IMG/VR virus record: IMGVR_UViG_3300035670_000008
Location: 124,001 to 188,000 of that record
DNA length: 64,000 nt
Direction: 5' to 3' (one strand)
Shown here: positions 26,107 to 36,300 of the stretch, piece after piece
Position numbering within the stretch: position 1 is the stretch's first letter
Layout of the letters: each line of letters begins with the position of its first letter
Translations under genes and position numbers: made by a program
Notes under the pieces: model-generated
Databases searched by the model: none
Seen by the model: only the letters and a program-made list of their open reading frames with translations
What the model was told of the DNA's origin: nothing

Positions 26107-27852
26107 ATGACTAACACCTTTAGCTTTGCTGATAGGTTTTCTTATCCTCAACCTGATGGCATCAGCGTCGGGGTCAACACTACGTTGGCTCAGACCCTCA
26201 CAGACGAGGAGATCGAACAGGAGTCACCAGAGCTAAAGGTAATGGCGGATATGGTTCGCCAATATTCGGTACTACTTAAACGAACCAGAACGTTAGACAT
26301 CTTTAATATTATTACGACGCAGTCTGACCCACGGTGCGCTTTAATCCTAGCCGCAGCTAAACGGAAAAGCACCAACCTACCAATCTTTAAAGGGATTGAC
26401 GAGGTCAAGCAAGTTATGTTCAATGACGGCAGTAGGAATAGCAACCCGTCCGTGCCGTTAAGCCAGACTCTAAACAACCAACTCTTCAGTGATGGTGTGC
26501 GTCGAGTCAGCGCTGCAATGACCGCTGCTATCCTTATCGGACAGCTACCAGAGATACAGCGAGAGTACGCTCTGGACATCGAGAAGCGAGCGATTGAAGA
26601 CTTAGACCGGATTATTGCTACCTACGAAGCGCAATCTGTCCTACCTAGTACTGACAAAACAGCCGAGCCTGCCCCGATTGCGTTCTTCTTCGAGCCGAAA
26701 GACATTGAGCTTGACCCTACAGTAGAAGTCGCGCTGGAGTGGTACTCCCCTTCGATTGTTAACAACTGGATTCCGGTTCAAACCTATACTGGGAAGTTCT
26801 CTACTTGGCATTTGGTTAGTGACTTGGCTGACTCCATGAACATGTACACCAGCCAGGATATCGACAAAGCGTTGCTAGCCTCTGCTGAGTTGTCTGGCCC
26901 GCTGCTTGGCTCCACATATTACCACACGTTGTCCTTTTATCCACGTAAGCCGATCAACGGTGTTCTAGGTTATTCCATCAATGTCAAAATCGAGACCCGA
27001 CCAATTAGTTCTCCGTCAGAACCTCCCATTACTATGGGTGGAACCACAGCTGATGAAGCTGACGACATCTATGGTCGCTCTCCATTCGAGTGGGGGCCGT
27101 ACCCGTCGTCTATTGATACTTATCCTATTAACGGTAAGATTATCGTTCTTTATTTTGGTAAGTCCGCTGCTTTAGACCCCAAAGAGCTGAACGATGCGTA
27201 TATCCCGACCGTCCTTTATTTTAGAAACAAGATTAAATATACCGGCGTACCCAGCGACCCTTTAGACCCAGCTACGTTGGTAGAGCCACCCCAATCTACT
27301 CCGTTAACCTTTAGAGTGCAGCCCTGGCATCCAAATATCGCAGCTATTGCTAGCCAGCCGGTAGAGATAACTGTCCCCTTTGACCGGCTGCTAGAACAAG
27401 ACGGTAGCCCCAGTCAAGTTGATTTAGATAACTCCCGCTACTCGCAGATAGCTGTGCGGTTGCTGTATGAAATGTCTTACATTGACTTAGCTACGAAAGC
27501 GACTGGCTGTATCGTCCGCAATGATCCTGTAGAGCAGAGTCAACCACTATCTGGTCTAGAGTTAGTAGCGTGGGGGCTTAGTAAATCAGTTTCTCATATC
27601 GTCTTGGATGTTCTGGAAATACCAAAGGATATTGAAATGGCAACAGGTGATTTAACTGGACCGAAGACCTCCTTTAGCTCCAACCCGCGTTCGCTACGGG
27701 TGAAGGTACAGAATGAAGCCTTCGCAGGCAACGCGGTCTTAGAGGGGGCAGCAACCTACGAGCCGATCGGTATTGTGCCGAAGACCAATACTAAAGTCTG
27801 GCGCTCCATCTTAGAAGAAGCCAGCTCCGTTGAAGACTCCCGGTACTATTAA
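26107..27852 (+). CDS. Putative head-tail adaptor (Mu gp36-like N-terminus) with a long C-terminal extension (581 aa)
   Basis: aa ~120-170 (GVRRVSAAMTAAILIGQL...EYALDIEKRAIEDLDRII) resemble the helical bundle of head-completion proteins. It lies between the capsid and tail genes. Confidence 0.45.
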   Translation: MTNTFSFADRFSYPQPDGISVGVNTTLAQTLTDEEIEQESPELKVMADMVRQYSVLLKRTRTLDIFNIITTQSDPRCALILAAAKRKSTNLPIFKGIDEVKQVMFNDGSRNSNPSVPLSQTLNNQLFSDGVRRVSAAMTAAILIGQLPEIQREYALDIEKRAIEDLDRIIATYEAQSVLPSTDKTAEPAPIAFFFEPKDIELDPTVEVALEWYSPSIVNNWIPVQTYTGKFSTWHLVSDLADSMNMYTSQDIDKALLASAELSGPLLGSTYYHTLSFYPRKPINGVLGYSINVKIETRPISSPSEPPITMGGTTADEADDIYGRSPFEWGPYPSSIDTYPINGKIIVLYFGKSAALDPKELNDAYIPTVLYFRNKIKYTGVPSDPLDPATLVEPPQSTPLTFRVQPWHPNIAAIASQPVEITVPFDRLLEQDGSPSQVDLDNSRYSQIAVRLLYEMSYIDLATKATGCIVRNDPVEQSQPLSGLELVAWGLSKSVSHIVLDVLEIPKDIEMATGDLTGPKTSFSSNPRSLRVKVQNEAFAGNAVLEGAATYEPIGIVPKTNTKVWRSILEEASSVEDSRYY

Positions 27853-28715
27853 TGGATTTAATCTTTCCTACTGAGCGACAGGCAGTCCGGGCGTTACTCA
27901 ACGCCGTGGCTAACCATCGGGATGTAAAGAACGCTGAGGTCTACTTTCCAGTGTTGGTAGGGGACAGCGCCGCGCCCCAAAAGGTACCTCTAGTTAGTTT
28001 TAGAACCTTCGGCGGCACTGAGTATATCGAAGATGGATTAACGCTAGCTATCTACCCAGTAACAACGGGTATGGGGCTGGGCAACGCCTTGGTGTACCGA
28101 GACAGGGTGTTAGGTAATGTTGTAGACCCTAACTACTGTGTTCAGGCAAAGTTGAAGTTGGTGGTGCAGCTATTCTATCGGGAAACGACCTACAATGCCC
28201 CCTTAAAGCTGTACTCGGATTCTTCTTCACTAACAAAGGATATTGTCCGGCTTCTCCCTTACGGGGAACTGATTAAATTCAAGGAAGACCGCTTGGAATC
28301 CACACCTTTAGCTGAGCAGCTGCCTTTAGACCGGTTCGTGAATGAAAATATCATCGAAGTAAACGTGCTGCCAGGGGAAGAAGTTTTAAGGGATTGGATG
28401 GCTATTCTGCGCGGCGTCATCCGAGACTTGCCTCTACTCCAACCGTTTGCTATGCGAAACCCTAATATCACTTTGGTGGAGTATCAAACCAGTAACTGGT
28501 TGAAGCCAGAGATTCAGAATTTAGTCTTTCACTCTGCTTACATGGTGGTCGAGTACGACCTATTCGAGCCCGCTCGGTGTCCTGATTATCGTCTACCTTC
28601 TATCGGGGAAAACCTCTCTATTGAGAACAGTCCGGTAGCTGACACTAATCCGCCTCCCCCACCGCTTTATAGTCCCCCTCTAATAGACCCACCGCCCAAC
28701 GACTTCATCAATTGA
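27852..28715 (+). CDS. Putative tail terminator / neck protein (287 aa)
   Basis: TAATG coupling to the previous gene and position immediately before the sheath gene. Beta-rich with a Pro-rich C-terminus. Confidence 0.4.
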   Translation: MDLIFPTERQAVRALLNAVANHRDVKNAEVYFPVLVGDSAAPQKVPLVSFRTFGGTEYIEDGLTLAIYPVTTGMGLGNALVYRDRVLGNVVDPNYCVQAKLKLVVQLFYRETTYNAPLKLYSDSSSLTKDIVRLLPYGELIKFKEDRLESTPLAEQLPLDRFVNENIIEVNVLPGEEVLRDWMAILRGVIRDLPLLQPFAMRNPNITLVEYQTSNWLKPEIQNLVFHSAYMVVEYDLFEPARCPDYRLPSIGENLSIENSPVADTNPPPPPLYSPPLIDPPPNDFIN

Positions 28716-28821
28716 TTTGTTTTCTCCTGTTCCTTCTATGGTCTATGTGTAAGGTAGTCAATATGAATAGTATGGTTGCCGTACAGAACAGGCTTTATGT
28801 GTTTGTAGTATAGGTAAAAAG

Positions 28822-31800
28822 ATGGTAGATTACACGTTCCCTAACATTTCCTTTAACACCAGTATTATCGGCCCTGCACCGGCGCGTCCTGGTTGGCGCG
28901 ACAAGTATGCCGTAATCGGTGAATTCAACCGCGGGCCTGTTGTCCCCGTTAACTCTTCTAACCGCGCTGTATTAGCCTCTCTGTACGGAGAAGACACTAG
29001 CTCTGGGTCTATTGCCCTGCAGCAAGCGTTCCGTCAAGGTGCTACTAACGCGGTCGTTGCCCGAGCTGTGCCGGATAGTTTGGCTAGCCAACTATACTTT
29101 GAGCTGTCTGGTCAAAGTACCTTCATCCAACCCAGCACCGGCTACGAAAGCTCTGTAGCTAACACTGGTGTTCTAGACAGCTTCAACTCCACGACTGGGT
29201 TTAAGCTCACTCTAGACTACATCGGACGCCCCAAGTTTAACCGCACTAACTACGGTGGGGTTGAGTCGAAGAACACACCGGTAGACCACCCCACTTTTGC
29301 GGGTCGTGCTCAAATGACCTATATGGTCACCCGTGTTCAGTCTGCTGACTCCGCCCAGCGTGTTGTCTACGAAGACGATAACGAAGAACTTGAAATTACC
29401 CTACATAACAGCACTCGGGATGACTACCAACTCGTTACTTACGAAGAAGGTAACAACGAATATGTTGAGCAGTACATCAAGCCTGGTTTTACCATCCGCT
29501 CTTCCACCAGCGCTCAACAAGAAGGTTTAGTCATTGCGTCTAACCCGTTCACCTACGGCGAAGGTGTTAAAGCTGTTCTTGTTAAAGGACACTACAGCCC
29601 TGATGTTGCCTACACTGCTAACATCGTTTCTGCTAGCGGTCTTTACACCCTAACGGTTAGCGACTTCCAGAAAGGTTCGGCTGCTGAGTCCCCCTCTCTG
29701 CCTATTCTGGCTGAAAGCGTTGCTTTAGTCGCTGGTACTGCTTACAAAGTAGATGCCACTGCTAGCAACGGGCCTAACATTGATGTGACGTTAGCCTCTA
29801 ATGTTACCGCAGCTGCTAGCAGCGGTGCCCCTGTTTCTTTCGTCCCCCGCGTGAGCGCTGTTGCTCTCAACGGTGGTAATACCGAGATTACTTTAACAGG
29901 TGTGTTGGCTAACACCGATGTAGTCGTTGGCAGCAAAGTGAGCTTCTCCTCTAAAGAAAATGCTTACGAAGTAGCTACGATTCCGACTGTTTGGTCTAGT
30001 GGCAGTCAAGTAATCAGCATTACTGGTGATGTTCGCGCTACCGCTAAAGTGGGTGACTACGTGTTGGTGACCAGTGCTGACGCTACTGCGCAGATTGACA
30101 CCTTCAAAGTTCACTTCCCCGCTAAAACCCAATACATCCTTGGCTACAACTTCCGTCCTTTGGACAGCGGTTCTTTGGCTTCTAAGTTTGCAGACTACCG
30201 CTACTTCACGGTTGGCACTGCTTCCGCTCCAGTTCAATTCTACGATGGTTTCGTTAACTACCCTGTAGACAGCTATCTGGTTATCGAAGAAGGCAAAGGT
30301 GGGTCTTACCTCAAGATTCCTTACCAAACAGCTTTGGCTAACGTTCAAGAAGCTCAGCTTCTGAAGAGCGAGTACTTCGGCTTGGAGCTCCGCTTTGGTA
30401 AAGTTAACGATACTAAAGTCTACCTCGTCGAAAACAACATCTTCAACGTCTCGTTCGTTAAGACCGAAGTGGTTGTTGGAGGTAAAGCTGGTTCTGAGAC
30501 CGCTTACCCGAAAGGTACCGTCGGTACGACCATTCTCCGTGACCTGGAGTACGCCATCTACAGCGATGCCGCGTTCTCTTCGATGATTGCCGACGTGAAG
30601 ACGGACATCTCCTTGGTGCCTTATAAGTTCACGGTTAACGCCGGTTTCGTTGGTGTAGACTCTAATCGTCTTCGCTGGAATCTAGAGCGCTATGTCGCTG
30701 GCCCTACAGGTGTGTTCTCTAGCAAAGCGTCTAACGTCGTTACCTTGGATGCTGTTCCCGATGTAGTATTAGCCAACCCGACCGACTACAAAGTCGTCAT
30801 CGCTGATGTTGAGTACCCTGTAGCTAGCGCGACTTCTACTACGGTGACCTTAACTCTGACTGACGTAGCGGTGCTGGATGCTTATGCCGCCGGCGACACT
30901 GTCCAGTTTGCGTCCCAGGAGCAAACCAAAGACATCCTCATCCGTCGTGGTACGACTGGTGACTTTGATGTTACAGACTACGGAACGGATAAATTCTATG
31001 CCTTCACTGGCGGTCGGGATACTGCCTCCCACGCCTACGCCGATTTCTACGCCCTCAATGGTAAGTCCCTCCTCCGGGTGGTGGCTCTAAACCCTGGCGT
31101 CTACGGTAACAACCTGAAGGTCACGATTATCCCTGACCAAATCTCTGCCGACAGCGCCAAGTTCTATCTCCAAGTAGAAGACGTTAATCCTAACGTTACT
31201 TTGGGCGGGCCTAAAACCGAGCTGTGGTACCTCGACAACAAACAGGTTGATGCCAACACCGGGGTCTACCAAACAACCAAGGATTCCAACCTGATTCGCG
31301 CTTACTTCTTACCTGCGGTAGAGCCTATCAACATCACCAACCTCTTCAATATTATTGATGAAGGTTTGTTCAAAGCCCTGCCTCTCCGCATTGCACCTCC
31401 CTTGGAGTCTCAAGACAGCGTCTATGCCTCCGGGGCTACTAAAGTCAGCGCTCAAGGTTCTGCTTACATCAGCAGCGTTAAGCTGAGCGGCGGTACCGAG
31501 TTTGTTGACCCCGACCCCGCTGGTGCTGTGAAAGCTCGTAAAGATGGCTACCTAGCTGCCCTGCGCGCGATTGAGAAAGAAGATGTTGCTTGGGTGGTTA
31601 TCGCTGGTATCTACTACGGCGACAACGACTACCGAGAAGTCTTTGAAGAACTCAAAGCTCAATGCGAGCGTTCCACTACCCTGAACGGTCTCCGTCGTGG
31701 CGTAGTCAACCTCGCACCTAACGTGGCTCCCCGTCAAGCCTCTGTCCTGCGCGACCTTATCGCTAGCGATAAAATCGTTCAGGTGGCTGGCTCCATTCAA

Positions 31801-32409
31801 GGGGTTAACCTCAACGGTCAGGTTTACCAAAACCAAGGCTCGGCAGGTATCTACGTTGGACTTCGTTGCGCTCGTCCTCCTCATATTTCAACGCCGTCTA
31901 CCTACGCTAGCGGGTCTGCTTACAACGTTACTTTCAGTAACATCAACAGCTCCCCCGATGTGTTAGATGCCTTCACCCGCGCCGGCACCGAAGTTATCTT
32001 CTATGATTCTGGTCTGAAGCTCTATAAGTTCTTGAACGGGGTTACCACCAGCAAAGACCCCAACAAGAAATACGTCTGCGTCCTAGAAGTGTGGGATCAG
32101 ATGAAGTCTGACCTGTACGACTACCTGCAGTGGGTGCGCTCTGAGCCTAACACCCGTGACCTGCAGCGGCGCGTATCTTCCTCTGTAGACGCTTACCTCC
32201 AAGATAAGTTCCGTAGCGACTGGTTCATCCGCATCGCTCCGACTATCTGCGGTCCTGAAAACAATAGTGAAGCAGACATGATTCGCGGTCAGCTCAACAT
32301 TACTGTTCGTGCGACGCCCACCTTCCCCGCTGACTTCATTAAAGTCAACGCGATTATGGATCTCTCCGAGACCTTCTCGCTCGACACCCAACCCATCAGT
32401 TCTTTCTAG
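28822..32409 (+). CDS. Tail sheath protein (1195 aa)
   Basis: N-terminal VIGEFNRGPV..PV and a sheath C-terminal domain (VRSEPNTRDLQRRVSSSVDAYL...CGPENNSEADMIRGQLNITVRATPTFPADFIKV). Followed by the tube gene. Confidence 0.92.
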   Translation: MVDYTFPNISFNTSIIGPAPARPGWRDKYAVIGEFNRGPVVPVNSSNRAVLASLYGEDTSSGSIALQQAFRQGATNAVVARAVPDSLASQLYFELSGQSTFIQPSTGYESSVANTGVLDSFNSTTGFKLTLDYIGRPKFNRTNYGGVESKNTPVDHPTFAGRAQMTYMVTRVQSADSAQRVVYEDDNEELEITLHNSTRDDYQLVTYEEGNNEYVEQYIKPGFTIRSSTSAQQEGLVIASNPFTYGEGVKAVLVKGHYSPDVAYTANIVSASGLYTLTVSDFQKGSAAESPSLPILAESVALVAGTAYKVDATASNGPNIDVTLASNVTAAASSGAPVSFVPRVSAVALNGGNTEITLTGVLANTDVVVGSKVSFSSKENAYEVATIPTVWSSGSQVISITGDVRATAKVGDYVLVTSADATAQIDTFKVHFPAKTQYILGYNFRPLDSGSLASKFADYRYFTVGTASAPVQFYDGFVNYPVDSYLVIEEGKGGSYLKIPYQTALANVQEAQLLKSEYFGLELRFGKVNDTKVYLVENNIFNVSFVKTEVVVGGKAGSETAYPKGTVGTTILRDLEYAIYSDAAFSSMIADVKTDISLVPYKFTVNAGFVGVDSNRLRWNLERYVAGPTGVFSSKASNVVTLDAVPDVVLANPTDYKVVIADVEYPVASATSTTVTLTLTDVAVLDAYAAGDTVQFASQEQTKDILIRRGTTGDFDVTDYGTDKFYAFTGGRDTASHAYADFYALNGKSLLRVVALNPGVYGNNLKVTIIPDQISADSAKFYLQVEDVNPNVTLGGPKTELWYLDNKQVDANTGVYQTTKDSNLIRAYFLPAVEPINITNLFNIIDEGLFKALPLRIAPPLESQDSVYASGATKVSAQGSAYISSVKLSGGTEFVDPDPAGAVKARKDGYLAALRAIEKEDVAWVVIAGIYYGDNDYREVFEELKAQCERSTTLNGLRRGVVNLAPNVAPRQASVLRDLIASDKIVQVAGSIQGVNLNGQVYQNQGSAGIYVGLRCARPPHISTPSTYASGSAYNVTFSNINSSPDVLDAFTRAGTEVIFYDSGLKLYKFLNGVTTSKDPNKKYVCVLEVWDQMKSDLYDYLQWVRSEPNTRDLQRRVSSSVDAYLQDKFRSDWFIRIAPTICGPENNSEADMIRGQLNITVRATPTFPADFIKVNAIMDLSETFSLDTQPISSF

Positions 32410-32422
32410 AGCTTAATCTAGC

Positions 32423-32446
32423 GAGCGGTCGTAGCTACGACCGCTC
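32423..32446. terminator. Perfect 24-bp palindrome between sheath and tube genes (hairpin without a U-tract)
   Basis: GAGCGGTCGTAG-CTACGACCGCTC, 13 nt after the sheath stop. Confidence 0.6.
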
Positions 32447-32481
32447 ATAGACATTTTCAGAAATCTATGGAGTAAGAAGAT

Positions 32482-33249
32482 ATGCCTTCATTCATTACTA
32501 AAGCCGCTGTAAACAACGCGATTCTCGACCCTCTGCAGGGTTTTGACTGCGACGTATATATTCAAGACCAAGCTACTGGTAAACAGCTAGTTATCGGGCG
32601 TTTCACCAACTTCCAGTTCACGGTACGGAACACCACCGAGCCTTACATGGAGTTTAACCAACGGGTACCTCGTCTGCTGGATGGGGAGTTCCAATTTGGT
32701 TGGGTGCTAGAACGGGGTCTGATTGACGTCCGCTTCCTAGAAGATACCTTTGGTATGGTGTCTCTATCCCGGGAAATGCGTATCTCTCGTAGCCCCCGGT
32801 TCCAAATCACTGTGGAACTCAATGCCCCCGAGCTAGAGAACCCCAAAGAAGGTTCTGCCGACCAAAGCTCCCAAGAACTCCAAACCACTAGTGCTGTAAC
32901 TAACCGGGTTACTCGGAAAGCCTCCGGTAAATACCGTCTGATTTACGCTAAAACAGACTCCTTTACCTTCGGCGCTATGGCTGGTCGGAACGTTATTGCT
33001 ACCCGCTGGGAGGGCCTCTGTGAGGGTCTCTACTACAGTAACCAAGCCGATATCTGGCCTGGCGTTAACCTCGGCCCTGGCGTCGGTGTTAACTCCAACG
33101 GTGAGAAAAAGGTCATTACTGACGTTGAGCTTAAAGATCAGCCAGGCAGTAAAAAAGCGCCTACTTGGGATGTCTTTGGTGCTCAAACAGGTGATGTAGC
33201 CATTGTAAACAATAGCAACCTAGGTCAAGAAGGAAATACCTTCGGCTAG
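32482..33249 (+). CDS. Tail tube protein (255 aa)
   Basis: Directly after the sheath gene, with a tube-like beta pattern (GRFTNFQFTVRNTTEPYMEFNQRVPRLLDGEFQFGWVLERG...ATRWEGLCE) and a GGAG ribosome-binding site. Confidence 0.8.
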   Translation: MPSFITKAAVNNAILDPLQGFDCDVYIQDQATGKQLVIGRFTNFQFTVRNTTEPYMEFNQRVPRLLDGEFQFGWVLERGLIDVRFLEDTFGMVSLSREMRISRSPRFQITVELNAPELENPKEGSADQSSQELQTTSAVTNRVTRKASGKYRLIYAKTDSFTFGAMAGRNVIATRWEGLCEGLYYSNQADIWPGVNLGPGVGVNSNGEKKVITDVELKDQPGSKKAPTWDVFGAQTGDVAIVNNSNLGQEGNTFG

Positions 33250-33268
33250 ACCCCCGATAAGAAGGATT

Positions 33269-33302
33269 GAACGCTCTATGCTAGAAATAGTATAGAGCGT
33301 TC
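33269..33302 (+). terminator. 15-bp hairpin with a GAAA tetraloop after the tube gene (no U-tract)
   Basis: GAACGCTCTATGCTA-GAAA-TAGTATAGAGCGTTC, with one G.U pair. Confidence 0.55.
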
Positions 33303-33319
33303 TACTATATAGAGGCCTT

Positions 33320-36300
33320 ATGTCCGAACGTGTCCAAGCTAAGCTAGAGCCAACTTTTGGGCTTGACCTTGGCGCCGCCTGCCATCAACAACAGCAAGCC
33401 CAATACCCAGTCTTTGTTGTTACCGACTTAGAGAACAAAATCATCTTCTCCAACGCAACGCTGTGGAAGCTGACGAAGGCGCGGACGAACATCAATCGCT
33501 ATTGGCAGGCCAGCACAGCCTTCTTTCAATGCACAATCGAGCTGACGGACTTATCTCAACTCGTACCTTCCTGGCTAGCGCCTGGGTATAGACACCCCAC
33601 CGTCGCGCGGACTAATATCCTGCCGTCACCTGAGAAGCCCGAAGAAGAAGAAGGAACGGAGGTGACGCCCACTCCAGTTACCCAACCTACACCTACTGGG
33701 TCGGGTACGATGCTGGGGTTTTATGAAGAAAGAAGAAAAGCTATAGCTGAGCTCCAGAGCGCTGGGGAGACCGCTGCCCCGTTAAAGGTAGAACCACATC
33801 CCGATGTACCTGAGGTTAAAGAGATTGTACAAACCCTCCAGGCTGAGTACTCGGCAGCTAATGGAGACTCAGCTAAGAAAGCCGCAGCGGCAACTAAGTA
33901 CTACGGTGCCGTTCTAAAAGCCTACGACGCTGAGATTAGTAAGATTAAAGCGAATCAGCAGGGTACCGAAGCACCTACTTCTACTACGCCGGCTGCGTCC
34001 ACTAATCAGTCAAGCACTTTGGTTCCTCCCATGAGCCAGAAAATAAAAGACGAGATTAGAAAAAATAAAGAGGAGTGGGATAGTAGAGTAGGTCCTGGTA
34101 AGGCGGTAGAGCTCTTTGATATAGAGGCCGTAAGAGAGGACATGCTTGCTAAAATAAGCCCGGAGTTAAAAGCGTATGGAGAGTCCCTACCCGACGTTGA
34201 ACCTTACAAAAGTTTTACTTTTCTCGGAAAACTCTGGGAGGCACTTGAGTTATCAGAAGCAGGCGCTAGTGGCTCTCAACAGCAAACTAGCTCGATTCCA
34301 TCCCAACAGGCTATTTCTGATGCTGTCGCTGAGTTTCCTCTAGCTCCCTACGATGAGATTTGCCTCTACGGTGGTTATCTAGACCGTCTCCGCGAGGCTA
34401 CGACAACTGACATTGACCAGAACCGGCTGCTTCGCAAAGGCGTCTGGACAGTGGATACCATTACCGTCAGTGGCAGTACCCCAACTGGGATTATCATTAC
34501 GGTACAGTGCCGCGACCGGCTGAAGTATTTAATGGACACCTTCGGTAGCTACAATACCGCTGAGAGTTCAGAGTTCCTAACCCGAGACAGTAAGGAGTGG
34601 TATGCTTCAGCTAGAACTAATGTGATTCTAAACATCGCCCGCCGGGGCATAGGACATCTTACCTTTAATGGGCAAGAGCAGACCCTAGGGGGCCGGTTCA
34701 TCCAGCAAGGGACTATTCTAGACATCCCTACAGCTGTAGATGGTCAGACTAGGATAGAAGGCTTTGACCCTTACTTCATGTATAAGAATGGAGAGACGTT
34801 ATTTTTAGCGACGGGGTCACCTACAGCAAACCCAGATGGAAGCGCCTCGGTAACCACAGCAGGGCCCGCCGAATCCATTGACCTTAGTACTCCTGAAGGG
34901 GTGAAAAAGGCAGAGGAGAAGCTACAAGAGGTTAAGGAAAAAGCCCGCGCTCAATTAGAGACGATTACTGACGAGGCTGAGAAAAAGGCAGCTCAAGAAG
35001 TCTTTGACCGAATAAACGCTTTACAGACAGGGCAAGACCTTCTTAATTACATAAAGAACTCCCCCAACCAGAATAGTGTCTTAGGCACTGATTTATCTAA
35101 CAACCAGACGACTACTGCACAGCTCGGTGGCTCCCTGCGGGGCTCCGTAGTTAATGGCCCTCTGGCTAAAGAGATGAAGTTTAACATCGTTTCTGGCCGA
35201 GTTCCTTATGCAACAGGAGCAGACAGTTACTTCGGGTCGAACTTCATCGTAGCTGACCGGGTTCCTCTAGACTACATCAAGTTCTTATCACAACAGGAGC
35301 CCTGGCCAACGGAAGTGTTCCAAGACAGCCGCACTGGTGAGTTCTGGTACGCTCCTAGAGGACTAGACCTCAGCGGGCTTTCAGACCGGAATCGGTTTTA
35401 CCGGACATATTACTTCCGTAACTGGCCTAGTGATCTGGTGGCTAAGTCTGATGCCGCTCAGGCAAGTAAGAAAGCGTTGGCTGCCGTTCAAGCTCAAGGT
35501 GCCGAACTCGCTACCTACGACGATTTAATCAGTAAGATTACTAAGGCTTCAGCGGAGATAAAACAATACGAGGACTGGCTTAACCAACCGTTTGGAGAAG
35601 ACGCTGCTGAGATGACCCAACTCTACACCAACATGGGTAATATCATCTCAACCACTAAGTCCTTTGTTTATGAGAACAGTGTAGAAGACAGCGAACCCAG
35701 AAAGAAAATGGATCAGGCGGTTGCAGAGTGGATTGCATTAGCTCCTGTCCAAGATAAAGGCGTATTTGTGTCTAAATCCCAAGCCATCCGAGGGATATTA
35801 ACAGAACTACAAGACCTTTATAAACAAGAAGCCGAGGCACAAAGACAAACCGTTAGTGAACAAAAAAATGAGCTGACGGCGGCTACGGGGGCTGCTCCTG
35901 GTTTTACCAGCTCGGCTCCCCACCTAGCGCAGATGATTCATACCTTCCGGGAGGAAGTTTCTAATGTGTCGGTACGAACTAATATCATCGTCCAAACCCA
36001 CTCGCCTGCCTCTCCCGAAAACATCCAGCAGATTCTACATCTAACCGTTCAGCCTTGGTTTATGCGGGGCAGGGCCTACCCAACTTCGTTCTTTACAGTG
36101 ACAGACGACACCGCTGGGACTGTAGGGGGTGGGGGTAAGTCAGGTGCGTTGATTGCCTTGGCGATGGCTTACGCCCGGGTTATTGCCAAGGAACTCCGCG
36201 TAGCCGCGGCAACTATCCTAGGAGATCCATCTTTCGTACCAGGGGAGGTCATCCAAGTTATTGGTTCCCCAATGAACCCCGATGCGCTAAAGCCAGAAAG

